Of a DNA stretch of 49,257 bases, positions 16,153 to 26,073 are shown one piece after another (the first letter of the stretch is position 1; each line of letters starts with the position of its first letter). This stretch comes from Silvanigrellaceae bacterium (GTDB lineage Bacteria; Bdellovibrionota_B; Oligoflexia; Silvanigrellales; Silvanigrellaceae), in contig JBMSQQ010000012.1 in the NCBI GenBank assembly GCA_049423385.1, positions 1 through 49,257 of the forward strand, written 5' to 3'. A program made the translations under genes and the position numbers. Under the pieces are notes generated by a model. It was not told the origin of the DNA and did no database searches. It saw nothing but the letters and a program-made list of their open reading frames with translations.

Positions 16153-17854
16153 TTTTGTCGCCAGACGACAAAATGCGACCCGCTTGCTCGGCACTGTCGA
16201 GCAACGTCAATTCACGGTTTTGCCAATCGTAAACCCTCACGACGAATCTGTAGCCGAAAATGGCCCTTTTCTTGACCATCACTTCGCGTGGCGTGCCATC
16301 CATAGAGGGGAGTTTGAGGATGTGTCTGCTGTCGTCCATGCTGTGGAGGATTTCGTCGAGCGGCAATCGCCAGGTTTGTTTTATGATTCGTGCGGCAGTC
16401 TCGGAAGCTTCGGGAGAGATGTGAAAGGATTCCCAGACTTTGAATGAAAGCCCCGATTTGACCTTGTCCCAACGGGTTTCGCGCTCAATATCGGCGACGT
16501 TGATGCGCTGTGTTGTCTTGTTGTTTTCATCCTTGATCACTTGATAGCACTGGCCAAGCCATTTGCCGGCATAAAGATTGAATTTCGCTCTCAAACGCTC
16601 CTTCATCCACTCTTTGAGACGATCTTTCAGCACGTAGACAATCACGTTGCCGGCAGCAAAGATCGTCAATGCAACAACCCCACTTCCCTGCAGAGTGGAT
16701 GCCTCGATTCCCTGATACCGGATCCACATGTAGGTTCCAAAAAAAGCGAAGGCAGCAGAAACCGCAGCAGCACTTCCGCCAATCCAGAAGTCAACTTTTT
16801 TCTCGTTTGGAATGAGATCAGTTTTGAGATCCCAATAGTTGTAATGGAGCCTTTTGAGTTCACGCAGTCTTTCAAAATAATCCGCGGCCATTTGGGGGTC
16901 GGCCGCGATGTCCGTGAGTGACGACAATTTACACATCAATCTCCACTCGCTGACAATCCGCGCCCATTCCGACAACCAATGTTGCTCCGCCGAAACCCTA
17001 TTGACGTTGATTTTTGTCGTGGCCATTGCGGCATCGAGGTCTGCCTTGGAGCCAATGCTTCCGGAACGCAGCACGGCAAAATGGCTCTCATACGCTTCGT
17101 AGGCGTCTTTGAACAAGCTTTGCAATTCACCGACCGTCTGCGTTGAAAGCATCAGCACAAATTCGGCAAGGTCGGCGAGCGGGAGTGTGAAATCATCGCG
17201 AGTGTGTGATTTTTCGTTTTTGATTGCATTTTGCTGGAGCGCCTGGTGTTCCTTGGCACACAGGGTGTCCCAGGAGTGGTGCGCCAGAATGATTCTGTAT
17301 GCCGACCTCAAGCTGCTGAGCAATTCACGCTTGGCAGCAAAATAATCGTCCCACGAGGGACCTTTGTCGACTTCGCTGGCCAGCATGATTTTTTTGATTT
17401 GCGAACGGCAGCGTTTCAGATCAGACTGGTAGATAATTCCAAGGCGCGGTAAAAAGGCTTCGCTCCAATAATCCTTTGCCTTGTGCATAAAGAACTTTCG
17501 AGCCCGTGGCACGATTTCGGTCTCGAGGCTTTCTTCATCGTGTGAATCCTTGCCGAGAACACCCAACAGCCAAAGTGTGTCACGATGAAAAATCAGAGAT
17601 TGAAACCGCACAGATGATGCGCTGTCTGCAAAACTCAATCGGGTGGTCGAGAGATTTGCTTCTGAAAGTGCATCGCGGGCAGCACCGGGCACCTTGTCGC
17701 CCGGAAAGAGCAACTCGAATTCGCTTTCGATGCGTTGTCCCGAACTGAGAGGAAAATGGTAGGACCACTCGATGGAGTAGTTTCCATGGGGTTCCACGTG
17801 TGGGTTGATGCGGACTTTTTGAAAAGTGGACGAACTCGCAGGTGTTGTGTTCAT
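16124..17854 (-). CDS. Hypothetical membrane protein (large soluble domain plus two TM helices)
   Basis: 576-codon ORF; two hydrophobic segments followed by YVLKDRLKEW. Confidence 0.75.
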   Translation of the reverse strand: MNTTPASSSTFQKVRINPHVEPHGNYSIEWSYHFPLSSGQRIESEFELLFPGDKVPGAARDALSEANLSTTRLSFADSASSVRFQSLIFHRDTLWLLGVLGKDSHDEESLETEIVPRARKFFMHKAKDYWSEAFLPRLGIIYQSDLKRCRSQIKKIMLASEVDKGPSWDDYFAAKRELLSSLRSAYRIILAHHSWDTLCAKEHQALQQNAIKNEKSHTRDDFTLPLADLAEFVLMLSTQTVGELQSLFKDAYEAYESHFAVLRSGSIGSKADLDAAMATTKINVNRVSAEQHWLSEWARIVSEWRLMCKLSSLTDIAADPQMAADYFERLRELKRLHYNYWDLKTDLIPNEKKVDFWIGGSAAAVSAAFAFFGTYMWIRYQGIEASTLQGSGVVALTIFAAGNVIVYVLKDRLKEWMKERLRAKFNLYAGKWLGQCYQVIKDENNKTTQRINVADIERETRWDKVKSGLSFKVWESFHISPEASETAARIIKQTWRLPLDEILHSMDDSRHILKLPSMDGTPREVMVKKRAIFGYRFVVRVYDWQNRELTLLDSAEQAGRILSSGDKITSVEIHSS

Positions 17855-17892
17855 ATCAGTGTGATCTTCCAGATGCACAAAGGAACACATGC

Positions 17893-18489
17893 GTGAGAGT
17901 TATTGCCGGCAAATACAAGCGTCGTCTCCTCAAGACTCTCTCGGGTACAGACGTCACGCGTCCGACCTCGGATCGGGCCAAAGAAAGTCTCTTTAACATG
18001 TTATCACCCGAGATTGACGGTGCAATCGTGTGGGACTTGTTTGCCGGGAGTGGAGCACTTGGCATCGAATCGCTGAGCCGTGGTGCATCACATGTCACCT
18101 TTGTTGAACAATCACCCGAGGCCCTGAAAGTTATTCAGGAAAATTTGAAAATTTTAAATATTTCCTCCGGGAATTATACGCTTGTTGCCGCCGGGGTGGA
18201 GGAGTTCCTGACCAGGAAGACCACCGAGAATCGAGCGGGCGGGGAAAAATCTGCCGGCCAGGTGTCCATTGTGTTGGCGGATCCTCCCTATCAATCCTCT
18301 TGGTATGATGGAGCATTGAACGTGTTGGCGCGTTCCGGCTGCTGTGCAGAGGATTGTCTTGTAGTCCTGGAGATGAAATCAGGACGGGAGATTCCTTTGC
18401 CGGAAGGCAACTTTTGGACTTTGGAAGATGAACGAAAGTATGGAATCGCCCAAATTCAGTTTTGGCGATTTTCCAAGATGGAGGTCTGA
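17893..18489 (+). CDS. rsmD: 16S rRNA m2G966 methyltransferase
   Basis: RVIAG..K.R.L, TRPTSDRAKESLFN, DLFAGSGALGIE.LSRGA, DPPY; GTG start after AGGA. Confidence 0.95.
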   Translation: MRVIAGKYKRRLLKTLSGTDVTRPTSDRAKESLFNMLSPEIDGAIVWDLFAGSGALGIESLSRGASHVTFVEQSPEALKVIQENLKILNISSGNYTLVAAGVEEFLTRKTTENRAGGEKSAGQVSIVLADPPYQSSWYDGALNVLARSGCCAEDCLVVLEMKSGREIPLPEGNFWTLEDERKYGIAQIQFWRFSKMEV

Positions 18490-18492
18490 TTT

Positions 18493-19512
18493 ATGGCGCG
18501 AATTGAAAAGCAAATGCGCATCAAGGGCGTCTTGTTTTCGGCCATATTTGCTGGACTTGTTGCCTGCGCAACCACCAATCCGCAACAGGAAACAACCCGC
18601 TTCGTGATAGACGGGAATGCTGCAGCGCTGCGTGGCGATTATTCGTCGGCATCCAATCAATACGAATCGGCATTGCGGGTTGCACCTTCCAACATGTCGG
18701 CGAAAAGAAACCTGGGTATCGTTCTTGTGAAGATGGGCGATTACAAAAGGGCAATCAAAACCTTGGCTGCCGTGCAGAGCGAATACAAGGATGATGTGGA
18801 AGTGTTTTACTTCATGGGCGAGGCCGCGCGGGGTTCTGGAGATTTCAAGGGGGCGCTTGGCCACTACAGTAAAGCGGCCAAGATAAATCCACAGGATCTG
18901 CGCGTGCAGAAAGCGATTTCCTGGTGTTTCTTCCGGGTCGGAGCGCTCGACAAAGCCCTCAACCTCGTTCAGAAACTTCAACGCAACAATCCCGACGACC
19001 TTCAAGTTAAACTGATTTTTGCAAGCGTTCTCAACAAGCAGAAGAAATACGAGGAAGTGCAGGCACTGCTTTCTTCGGTTGAGCGTGCCAATTTCAATGT
19101 TCTCAGCAAGGACAAAGTCAGTGCAGACACCGAACGGACGTTACTGATGAACGCGCTTGCTGAGTCTTACGCTGGTTCGGAAAATTGCATCAAGGCCGAT
19201 GCCCTGTACAACGAGATCTTGAAATCAAGACCCTTCTTGGCTCCCGCCCTGATTGGTGCAGCGAAATGCGATCTCAAGAGCAAGCAGAAACCACGCGCAA
19301 CGGCACGCCTGGAGCGCGCCATCAAGGCTGATCCTGATGCCGAGGAGGCCTATTTCATGCTTGGGCAGCTCTATGAAACGACGGACAAGAGCAAGGCCAC
19401 TTATTTTTACAGACGCTTTTTGCTGCTCGCCAAAGACAACCCTCAATTCATCAGCGAAGCCCGGATCACCCGGTCCAACCTCGTGAACCTAGAGAAGTTC
19501 AGCTCCCGCTGA
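18493..19512 (+). CDS. TPR-repeat lipoprotein (start could be 18514)
   Basis: Lipobox LVA-C; multiple TPR units (NLG.VL.K.GDY..A, YFMGEA, AYFMLGQLY). Confidence 0.85.
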   Translation: MARIEKQMRIKGVLFSAIFAGLVACATTNPQQETTRFVIDGNAAALRGDYSSASNQYESALRVAPSNMSAKRNLGIVLVKMGDYKRAIKTLAAVQSEYKDDVEVFYFMGEAARGSGDFKGALGHYSKAAKINPQDLRVQKAISWCFFRVGALDKALNLVQKLQRNNPDDLQVKLIFASVLNKQKKYEEVQALLSSVERANFNVLSKDKVSADTERTLLMNALAESYAGSENCIKADALYNEILKSRPFLAPALIGAAKCDLKSKQKPRATARLERAIKADPDAEEAYFMLGQLYETTDKSKATYFYRRFLLLAKDNPQFISEARITRSNLVNLEKFSSR

Positions 19513-19590
19513 GTCGGGAGTCTGTTGGGAAAATGTCACCGAGCCAAAAAAGCTGCGATCACAGCGAGGGGTCCAGCAAAGGCTGCTAGC

Positions 19591-19631
19591 ATTGAAAATG
19601 TCGATATTGACAGGTGTCAATTCCATTCAAT
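19591..19631. promoter_or_regulatory. Palindromic operator-like element
   Basis: Perfect ATTGACA-GG-TGTCAAT (19606-19621) inside outer ATTGAA...TTCAAT arms; contains TTGACA. Confidence 0.5.
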
Positions 19632-19652
19632 CCACGAGATGGGAGTTGGAGA

Positions 19653-20894
19653 ATGTTTTCTTCAATTTCGAGAGGAATGTTCAGGCGTCCTGCGCGCGAT
19701 GCGCGTCAGGTCCTAACAAAAAACTATACGGAACAGGTGCGCTTGCCGGTTGAGGTGACAAGCATTCCTCGCTCTGAATACATGAGCGCTGCGCGCTCAT
19801 TGGATGCAGAGGGTCTGCTCGACGAGCAGGAGGCCAGCGCTCCAAGACTTGCGACGAACAGATATTCCGGCAGCTATGGCAGTGAGAGCGGACAAGGCGA
19901 AGGTGGTTCTTCCAGCGAGTCTGTGCGCAATGCTCATTCGGGCCGTGTACCAAATGGCCCAAGGATTCTCTCCGTGGGTGGTGGCAAGGGTGGTATTGGC
20001 AAGAGTTTCTTGTCTGCCAACGTTGCAGTCTCGTTGACACGTCTGGGTTACAGGGTTGCTCTTGTGGACCTCGATTTCGGTGCTGCCAATCTGCACACCT
20101 GTCTTGGCGTTCCGAGTCCAAAGGTTGGTCTATTTGATTTCGTCAGTGGACGCATTGAAAATCTTGAGGACGTTGCTGTCTCTGGTGGAGTTCCTGGGCT
20201 CACTCTCTACGGCGGTGGTCAGGAATTCTGGCAACAAATCCGTCCGCAGGCTGCTCAGAAGATCCGCCTCATCAGTCGCCTGCAAAGATTGGACGTCGAC
20301 TATGTGATTTTGGATCTGGGTGCCGGCACCCACGTCAACACGCTCGACTTCTTCATTTTCTCTCACGCAGGAATTGTGGTTGTTGTGCCAGAACCCACCT
20401 CCATTGAAAATGCCTACGTCTTCTTGAAGAGTGTGCTTTACAGGAAGCTGCAGAGCATCGTGAAGGCAATTCATCAGGAAGAAGTTGCAGAAAGACTCAT
20501 GCAGAGTCTTGGTGATCCAAGATTTGCAACCCCGCCACTGGCGCAGTTGCAAAAGTTTGCTGCAGAGCAGCCCGAGATTGGTCAAAAGATTCTGAGTCTC
20601 ATCCAAATGACCCACCTTGGTGTTGTCATGAATCAGGTGAGAACGAATGCCGACGCCGAAATTGGATCCTCCATCACGCAAATCAGCCAGAGATATTTTG
20701 GATTCGGTGCGGAATATCTGGGCTCGGCAATCTTCGATGATGTGGTTTGGAAATCTTTGCGCAACCGCAGGCCGGTTTGTGTTGATTTTCCTGATTCCAA
20801 CGTTGCCCAGGGTCTCATGAATATCGCAAAAACAATGTCGACGCGTTTTGAACCTGTTGCTTCTCAACATGCAAACGTCAGTGGTATGGGCTGA
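19653..20894 (+). CDS. MinD/FlhG (ParA-superfamily) ATPase with N-terminal low-complexity extension (start uncertain)
   Basis: GGGKGGIGKS deviant Walker A, DLDFGAANLH, DLGAG, PEPTSIENAY. Confidence 0.88.
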   Translation: MFSSISRGMFRRPARDARQVLTKNYTEQVRLPVEVTSIPRSEYMSAARSLDAEGLLDEQEASAPRLATNRYSGSYGSESGQGEGGSSSESVRNAHSGRVPNGPRILSVGGGKGGIGKSFLSANVAVSLTRLGYRVALVDLDFGAANLHTCLGVPSPKVGLFDFVSGRIENLEDVAVSGGVPGLTLYGGGQEFWQQIRPQAAQKIRLISRLQRLDVDYVILDLGAGTHVNTLDFFIFSHAGIVVVVPEPTSIENAYVFLKSVLYRKLQSIVKAIHQEEVAERLMQSLGDPRFATPPLAQLQKFAAEQPEIGQKILSLIQMTHLGVVMNQVRTNADAEIGSSITQISQRYFGFGAEYLGSAIFDDVVWKSLRNRRPVCVDFPDSNVAQGLMNIAKTMSTRFEPVASQHANVSGMG

Positions 20895-20910
20895 AAGGGG
20901 TCGAAACAGT

Positions 20911-21801
20911 ATGGGCGAGCGAGTGGTAAATACACCAGCCGACATCATTGGACTGACAGGCGAGTTGACGCTTGAGAATGTTCATCAGTGCTACCGGAAG
21001 ACGCGCGACAGGCTTCTGCAGGGCGGCACAAAATCCGAGCTCGATGTTGAGGAATTGGACTGGGCCTATCGGGCTCTGTTGACTGAAATTGAACAATCAA
21101 CTGTCAATGATTCCGAAGATTGCGTCGTCTCAGCGCTGTTGTTGCCACAGCTGACAGGTGAGTCGATCTTGAACCTTGAAGACGACGACAACGTCTTTTA
21201 TTTGAAGAGAAATGGAGCCAGCCAGGGCAATATGCAGTCTGCACCGATGAGTGCCCTCGATTTGCCCGAACTCAAGGGTGCATTCACCGGCCAGAAGTCT
21301 GGCGCAACCGCGGGACATGGCCAACGCAATGTGACGCGCGATTATCGCAACACGTCTGAACCCCTGGATGCAGTCACTCCGGTGCGTTCCGGTGAACCCT
21401 CGGCTTACCAGCCGCCCCGTCGATTGAAGACGCTTGTGGGCGAAGGCGACAAGGATGTGGTTGATGTCTGTGCTCGAGCAGCCATGCAGTCGGATGCTGT
21501 TGGCATGATGAACAACATCATCGACTCGGCAGAGCAAATCACGGGAAGTCTGCTCAAAAAGCTTCGCGAGGAAATGGGCGTCGATGTGGAAGAAATGTCG
21601 GTGCGCACAAAGATTCCACGCAAGTACCTCATTGCGATTGAATCCGACCGCTACGAACAGCTGCCCGCCGCTGTTTACTTCAGGGGATTTTTGGTGTCAT
21701 ACCTGCGCTACTTGAATCTCAAGCGCGAGGACATCATTGATGCGATCACCGAAAATTATCGTTCACGCCTGCGCATTCAGTCCCGCACCCGCAAGCCATG
21801 A
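20911..21801 (+). CDS. RodZ-type HTH protein with a degenerate J-like N-terminus
   Basis: G.LLKKLREE.G...EE.S.RTKI...YL.AIE.D.Y..LPA.VY.RGFL..Y HTH; no TM segment. Confidence 0.85.
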   Translation: MGERVVNTPADIIGLTGELTLENVHQCYRKTRDRLLQGGTKSELDVEELDWAYRALLTEIEQSTVNDSEDCVVSALLLPQLTGESILNLEDDDNVFYLKRNGASQGNMQSAPMSALDLPELKGAFTGQKSGATAGHGQRNVTRDYRNTSEPLDAVTPVRSGEPSAYQPPRRLKTLVGEGDKDVVDVCARAAMQSDAVGMMNNIIDSAEQITGSLLKKLREEMGVDVEEMSVRTKIPRKYLIAIESDRYEQLPAAVYFRGFLVSYLRYLNLKREDIIDAITENYRSRLRIQSRTRKP

Positions 21802-21819
21802 TTTGCCGGAGCCTTTCTT

Positions 21820-22839
21820 GTGACTGATGTATCGGCCGAAAAAATCGAGGTCGAGTCGTTTGTCGTTGAATCGGACAACGTCGGGCTCAGATTGGACGTG
21901 TTCCTTTTCAAATTGGTCGATTTCATTCCCAGCCGGTCGTTCGCTCAGAAATTGATAGACTGTCATGCAGTCAAGGTGAATGGGAAGCCGAAACGTTCGT
22001 CCTGGTGCCTCCTCAAAGGCGAGGTTGTGCAGGTCGACGTCTCGATGTTGCGACCACCTCCCTCGGTTCCCTCGCCGCAAAAAATGAACCTGGATATCCT
22101 CTTTGAGGATGATGACATCCTTGTGGTGAACAAGCCCGCAGGACTTGTTGTTCATCCGGGAGCCGGAGTTCCCGACGGCACGCTTGTCAACGCCATACTC
22201 GCGCACACCGGTGCCACGCTTCCCAGCCTGGGTGATCCTCTCAGGGCAGGACTCGTTCACAGGCTCGACCGCGACACCAGCGGAGTGATGGTCGTTGCGA
22301 AGACTCAAACGGCTCTCACTGGACTCTCTCAACAGTTCGCCAGCCACAGTCAACTCCGCCGCTATCGGGCGTTGGTCTTTGGGGTTCCGCCGGCGAATAT
22401 CCACAATGTTGAGACATGGCATGGCCGCGATCCTAAAAACCGCTTGCGATATTGCGTTCAGCCAGAAGGGCAGGGAAAGATCGCCCGTATGAACGTGCAC
22501 GTGGATCAGTCTTTGGCGGGTGGACTGGCTTCTGCTGTTGTTTGCGAGCTTCACACGGGGCGCACGCATCAAATCAGGGTGCAACTTTCACATTTGGGGT
22601 TTGGATTGCTGGGCGACAGCCTCTACGGACAATCTGCGAATTCGAACTCCCAGGGCTCGACACCCTTGCAGCGGGAAAAAAGTCTTTGGCCCAGGGTGCG
22701 TGAGGCCGCCCAGCGTCAGATGTTGCATGCCGTTGAGCTCGGCATTGAGCACCCCGTCTCCAGGCAACCCATGCTTTTTCAAAAAGAACCGCCGAAGGAT
22801 TTTGAATCATTGGAAAAAATGCTGGCCGGTTGGAAATGA
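21820..22839 (+). CDS. rluD: RluA-family pseudouridine synthase (RluD-like)
   Basis: S4 domain (RLD..L...SRS), NKPAGLVVHP, HRLDRDTSG, TGRTHQIRV, QMLHA. Confidence 0.9.
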   Translation: MTDVSAEKIEVESFVVESDNVGLRLDVFLFKLVDFIPSRSFAQKLIDCHAVKVNGKPKRSSWCLLKGEVVQVDVSMLRPPPSVPSPQKMNLDILFEDDDILVVNKPAGLVVHPGAGVPDGTLVNAILAHTGATLPSLGDPLRAGLVHRLDRDTSGVMVVAKTQTALTGLSQQFASHSQLRRYRALVFGVPPANIHNVETWHGRDPKNRLRYCVQPEGQGKIARMNVHVDQSLAGGLASAVVCELHTGRTHQIRVQLSHLGFGLLGDSLYGQSANSNSQGSTPLQREKSLWPRVREAAQRQMLHAVELGIEHPVSRQPMLFQKEPPKDFESLEKMLAGWK

Positions 22840-22859
22840 CGGAAAGTTTCCCTTTCCTC

Positions 22860-22886
22860 TAAGGTTTTCGCAATTTGAGTCGATAA
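22860..22886 (+). promoter_or_regulatory. Sigma28 (FliA)-type promoter
   Basis: TAAGGTTT-N11-GTCGATAA upstream of the large TPR gene. Confidence 0.65.
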
Positions 22887-22976
22887 CCCGATGACGTGGT
22901 CAGCCCATCCCTCCGGAAACGCAGAGATTCAGGACTGACCGCACGTTTGGTCGCAAATCAGGAGCGATGCAGAGTC

Positions 22977-25900
22977 ATGGTCGGAAATAAAAGTCGCAAG
23001 CAGTATTTTTCCTTGTTGATGGTGGCAGCACTCACCGCGACTTGTTGGGAATCGAACGCTGCGACGCCATCGACAACTCCAGCTGTGCAAATGTCGGCGA
23101 AAGCAGCCAAACCTCTTTCCAAGGCCCCTGCAGCACCGGTCTGGGTTCCGGCATTTCCTCCGCTGTTCAAGGCACCGGCGAACCCTGCGAGTGTCTACTT
23201 TTCGGATGCAGTTGGAACCGATTTTGAATCCGTGAATCTTGGCGCCCAGGCTGCAGCGACACGTGCTGTGCAGATCAAGCAAATCGAGGCTGAGTACAAG
23301 CTTCAACCACCAAAGTCTGCGCAGGCGCTCAACCTTGGTTTGAAGTTGGCAAAGCTCCTCGAGGAGCAGGCATTCTACGTTGAATATTTGCGGGCAACCG
23401 GCGGCACCGACGCCCGTTATCCCGACGTTGTTCATTTTGCGAAATCGGCCAGAAGTCTTTTGGTCAACACGATCGACAATTTGGCGAAGTCGTTCCCCAA
23501 GAATGATCGGGTGATGGCTCTGCGAACGCTGCAACTGATTTCCCGGCTCAAGATGGGCGATCCAACGGCACGCGAGGAGGCGCTCCGGTTTGTTGGTCAA
23601 AACAGAACGGCAGCTCAGCAGAGTGTTGCCTTGGTTGGAATTATTCTCGACCACGAGGCTGGGAAAACAACAAGTTCGTTTGGGAATTTGGAATTTGCTG
23701 CAAACAACTCTCAGGAGCCGTCGGGAAGGGCTGCGTTCCGATATCTCATGGCAGAAGCGGCAATGTCGCGCAAACAATTTGCACAGGCAACGTCTCTCTA
23801 CCAGGAAGCCCTCAAGGACATGGGCAAGTTCAAGCGCAGTGATGGAAAGACGGGTCCGCTGCTCGGACGCATTTTGTTCAGATTGAACCAGGCGGCCCTG
23901 CTGAAGGATTCCCTGAATATCGACAACGATATCATTCAGTCGATGCAGGGGGTTGGTGCGATCGATTTCGCAAGATTTTATGCCGAAACCATCGCGCTCA
24001 ACAACATTGCCAAACAACCAGGTCGCGCTGCCCAGATGTATGTGGATGTACAGGCGCTGGGAACTTATTCAAATTCTTTCAATGCCTATCTTGAAATTCG
24101 GGTACTTGATATACATTTGGCCGCAAGGGATCTGATTTCTTCGCAGTCGCAATGGCAGAGAGTGTTCAAGACTCCTGATCTGCTCAAGGCGCAAATTCCC
24201 GGAAGAATTTTTTACACTCAAAATCTTGCGCTAGCACAGGCCCAGTCCAAACTGGATGGTGAAAGCATTGCGCGCTTTGTCTCTCTCCATGATTTCTTTG
24301 TGCAAAATTCCACCGACTATGCCGGCCGTGAAGACTGGACCTTGAAGGTGATCGAGCTGCTGTGGCGCAGCAAGCGTGCCTCCGATGTCGCCGTTCGCGC
24401 GGATGCATTGGCAGGACAAACAAAAAATCGTGATGTTTTGTTGTCTGCACTGCGTTTTTCGCTGCGGGCAAGAGAGTCCATGCTTTCTATTGGTGCCGAG
24501 CCGAAATTCGTGCGCAATCGAAAGCTGTCTGGTGATGATCAAATCGCCCAGGCGTACGTCGTGACACTCGACAAAATGAAGACTGTGGTCACCGGTCCAG
24601 AGCTCGAACAATCTGTTTATCAGGCAGCCTACATCACTCATTTGATTGGTCAGGAGAATCCTGGCCGGCAAAGATTCGAGGAAGCGTTGACCAGGTATCC
24701 TGGAAAAGCGCATGCAGGAGACGCTGTCAGCTACCTTTTTGAATCTGCGGAGAGCAAGAAGGATTGGCTTTACGTGGAAAAGATTGCAAGAATCGCTATC
24801 AAGGGAAAGATCGTTCCCGGAAAACCGAGTCATCGAAATCTTCAGGTTATTCTTGAGAATGCGGTTTATTCGCATGCACAGCAGCTCGCCGCGCAAGGCC
24901 AATTCGAAGCGGCTGCAAATCGCTTTGTCGCATTTCAGAAAGAATTCCCCAAGCATCAGAACGCTGCCACGGCGCTGGATCTCGCTGGTCGCAATTTCCT
25001 GCAAGCTAAAAAGACGGACCTTGCTGTGACGCAGATGGAGTTGCTTTTGAAATCTTATCCGACGTCGGGTTACGTGAAGGAAACCACGTGGCAGGCTGCC
25101 GAGCTTTCTCGAGGAATTGCGCAGTTCCTTCGTGCTGCGAAGCATTACGAGGATTTTGCCCGCAAGTATCAGCAGGACGGAATCAAGCGCACAGCATGGC
25201 TGAAGTCTGCTGAAATGCACAAGTCTCTGGGACGTTTTGCAAATGCCGTGGCCCACTATGAGTATCATCTTGCTCAACTCACAAGTCCGGCTGAAAAATT
25301 GAAGATTGCAAAGGAAATTGCTGACACACACTTCAAGTTCGGACGACCTGCAGAGGCCATTGCTGCATACGAACGAATGATGAAGTTCACCAGTGCGCCG
25401 GATGATGAGATTTATTTGCGTTCGCAAATTCTGGTCATTCAGCTTCGTCAGGGAGTTGAGGCAGCCTCCAGAAAGACAGCAGCTCGTTTGTTGAGCCTGA
25501 AGCCAAGTTCGCAGGAAGGTTACAGACTGCAGGCAAAGGGCAAGTATAGCGTTGCATATCTTGATGCTCCCGCGATTCGCAGTCGAAGCATCCAGAACCA
25601 GAAGAACCTGCCTGTTGCGATCAAGACTGTTGTTGCCGATTACGACAAAACAAAAGCCCTGTTCCTGGCGTCCTGTGAAGTTCCAGGCTTGGAGTTTTGC
25701 TCCGCCGGATACTACGAAACGGCGCGAATGGCGGAAGAGATTGCCAAGAATCTTTTGGCCGTTGAGTTGCCGCCAACCTTGAATCCTGCAGACGTCGAAG
25801 GCATCCGTGCGATGATTTCGCAAAATTCGGAACGGCTGCAGCAGGAATCAAAGAGCTTTGCTGCCCAAGCTGAGCAGGCGTTGAGTACTGGTGCGCCCGA

Positions 25901-25979
25901 TGCCGAAACCGCGGAGCGTATTCGCACGTATGCTCAGCAGGCCAGAGGGGAATCCAGCGACACGGCCCCCCTGCAATAG
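22977..25979 (+). CDS. Large exported TPR-repeat protein
   Basis: Signal peptide (..WESNA-A); many TPR pairs (F..FQKEFP, LLKSYP, YEDFARKY); GGAG RBS. Confidence 0.85.
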   Translation: MVGNKSRKQYFSLLMVAALTATCWESNAATPSTTPAVQMSAKAAKPLSKAPAAPVWVPAFPPLFKAPANPASVYFSDAVGTDFESVNLGAQAAATRAVQIKQIEAEYKLQPPKSAQALNLGLKLAKLLEEQAFYVEYLRATGGTDARYPDVVHFAKSARSLLVNTIDNLAKSFPKNDRVMALRTLQLISRLKMGDPTAREEALRFVGQNRTAAQQSVALVGIILDHEAGKTTSSFGNLEFAANNSQEPSGRAAFRYLMAEAAMSRKQFAQATSLYQEALKDMGKFKRSDGKTGPLLGRILFRLNQAALLKDSLNIDNDIIQSMQGVGAIDFARFYAETIALNNIAKQPGRAAQMYVDVQALGTYSNSFNAYLEIRVLDIHLAARDLISSQSQWQRVFKTPDLLKAQIPGRIFYTQNLALAQAQSKLDGESIARFVSLHDFFVQNSTDYAGREDWTLKVIELLWRSKRASDVAVRADALAGQTKNRDVLLSALRFSLRARESMLSIGAEPKFVRNRKLSGDDQIAQAYVVTLDKMKTVVTGPELEQSVYQAAYITHLIGQENPGRQRFEEALTRYPGKAHAGDAVSYLFESAESKKDWLYVEKIARIAIKGKIVPGKPSHRNLQVILENAVYSHAQQLAAQGQFEAAANRFVAFQKEFPKHQNAATALDLAGRNFLQAKKTDLAVTQMELLLKSYPTSGYVKETTWQAAELSRGIAQFLRAAKHYEDFARKYQQDGIKRTAWLKSAEMHKSLGRFANAVAHYEYHLAQLTSPAEKLKIAKEIADTHFKFGRPAEAIAAYERMMKFTSAPDDEIYLRSQILVIQLRQGVEAASRKTAARLLSLKPSSQEGYRLQAKGKYSVAYLDAPAIRSRSIQNQKNLPVAIKTVVADYDKTKALFLASCEVPGLEFCSAGYYETARMAEEIAKNLLAVELPPTLNPADVEGIRAMISQNSERLQQESKSFAAQAEQALSTGAPDAETAERIRTYAQQARGESSDTAPLQ

Positions 25980-26073
25980 TGAAATGTTGAACCGCGACAA
26001 AGATTTTTGTTGATCTTTCGACGGGAAACCCTTACCTCTTTGGCCAGTGAGCCAAAGCGTGAGGTTTCCCGTC

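Noticed and set aside
22929..25823. Long minus-strand ORFs (362 aa and 530 aa)
   Set aside because: Antisense shadows of the TPR gene produced by codon bias
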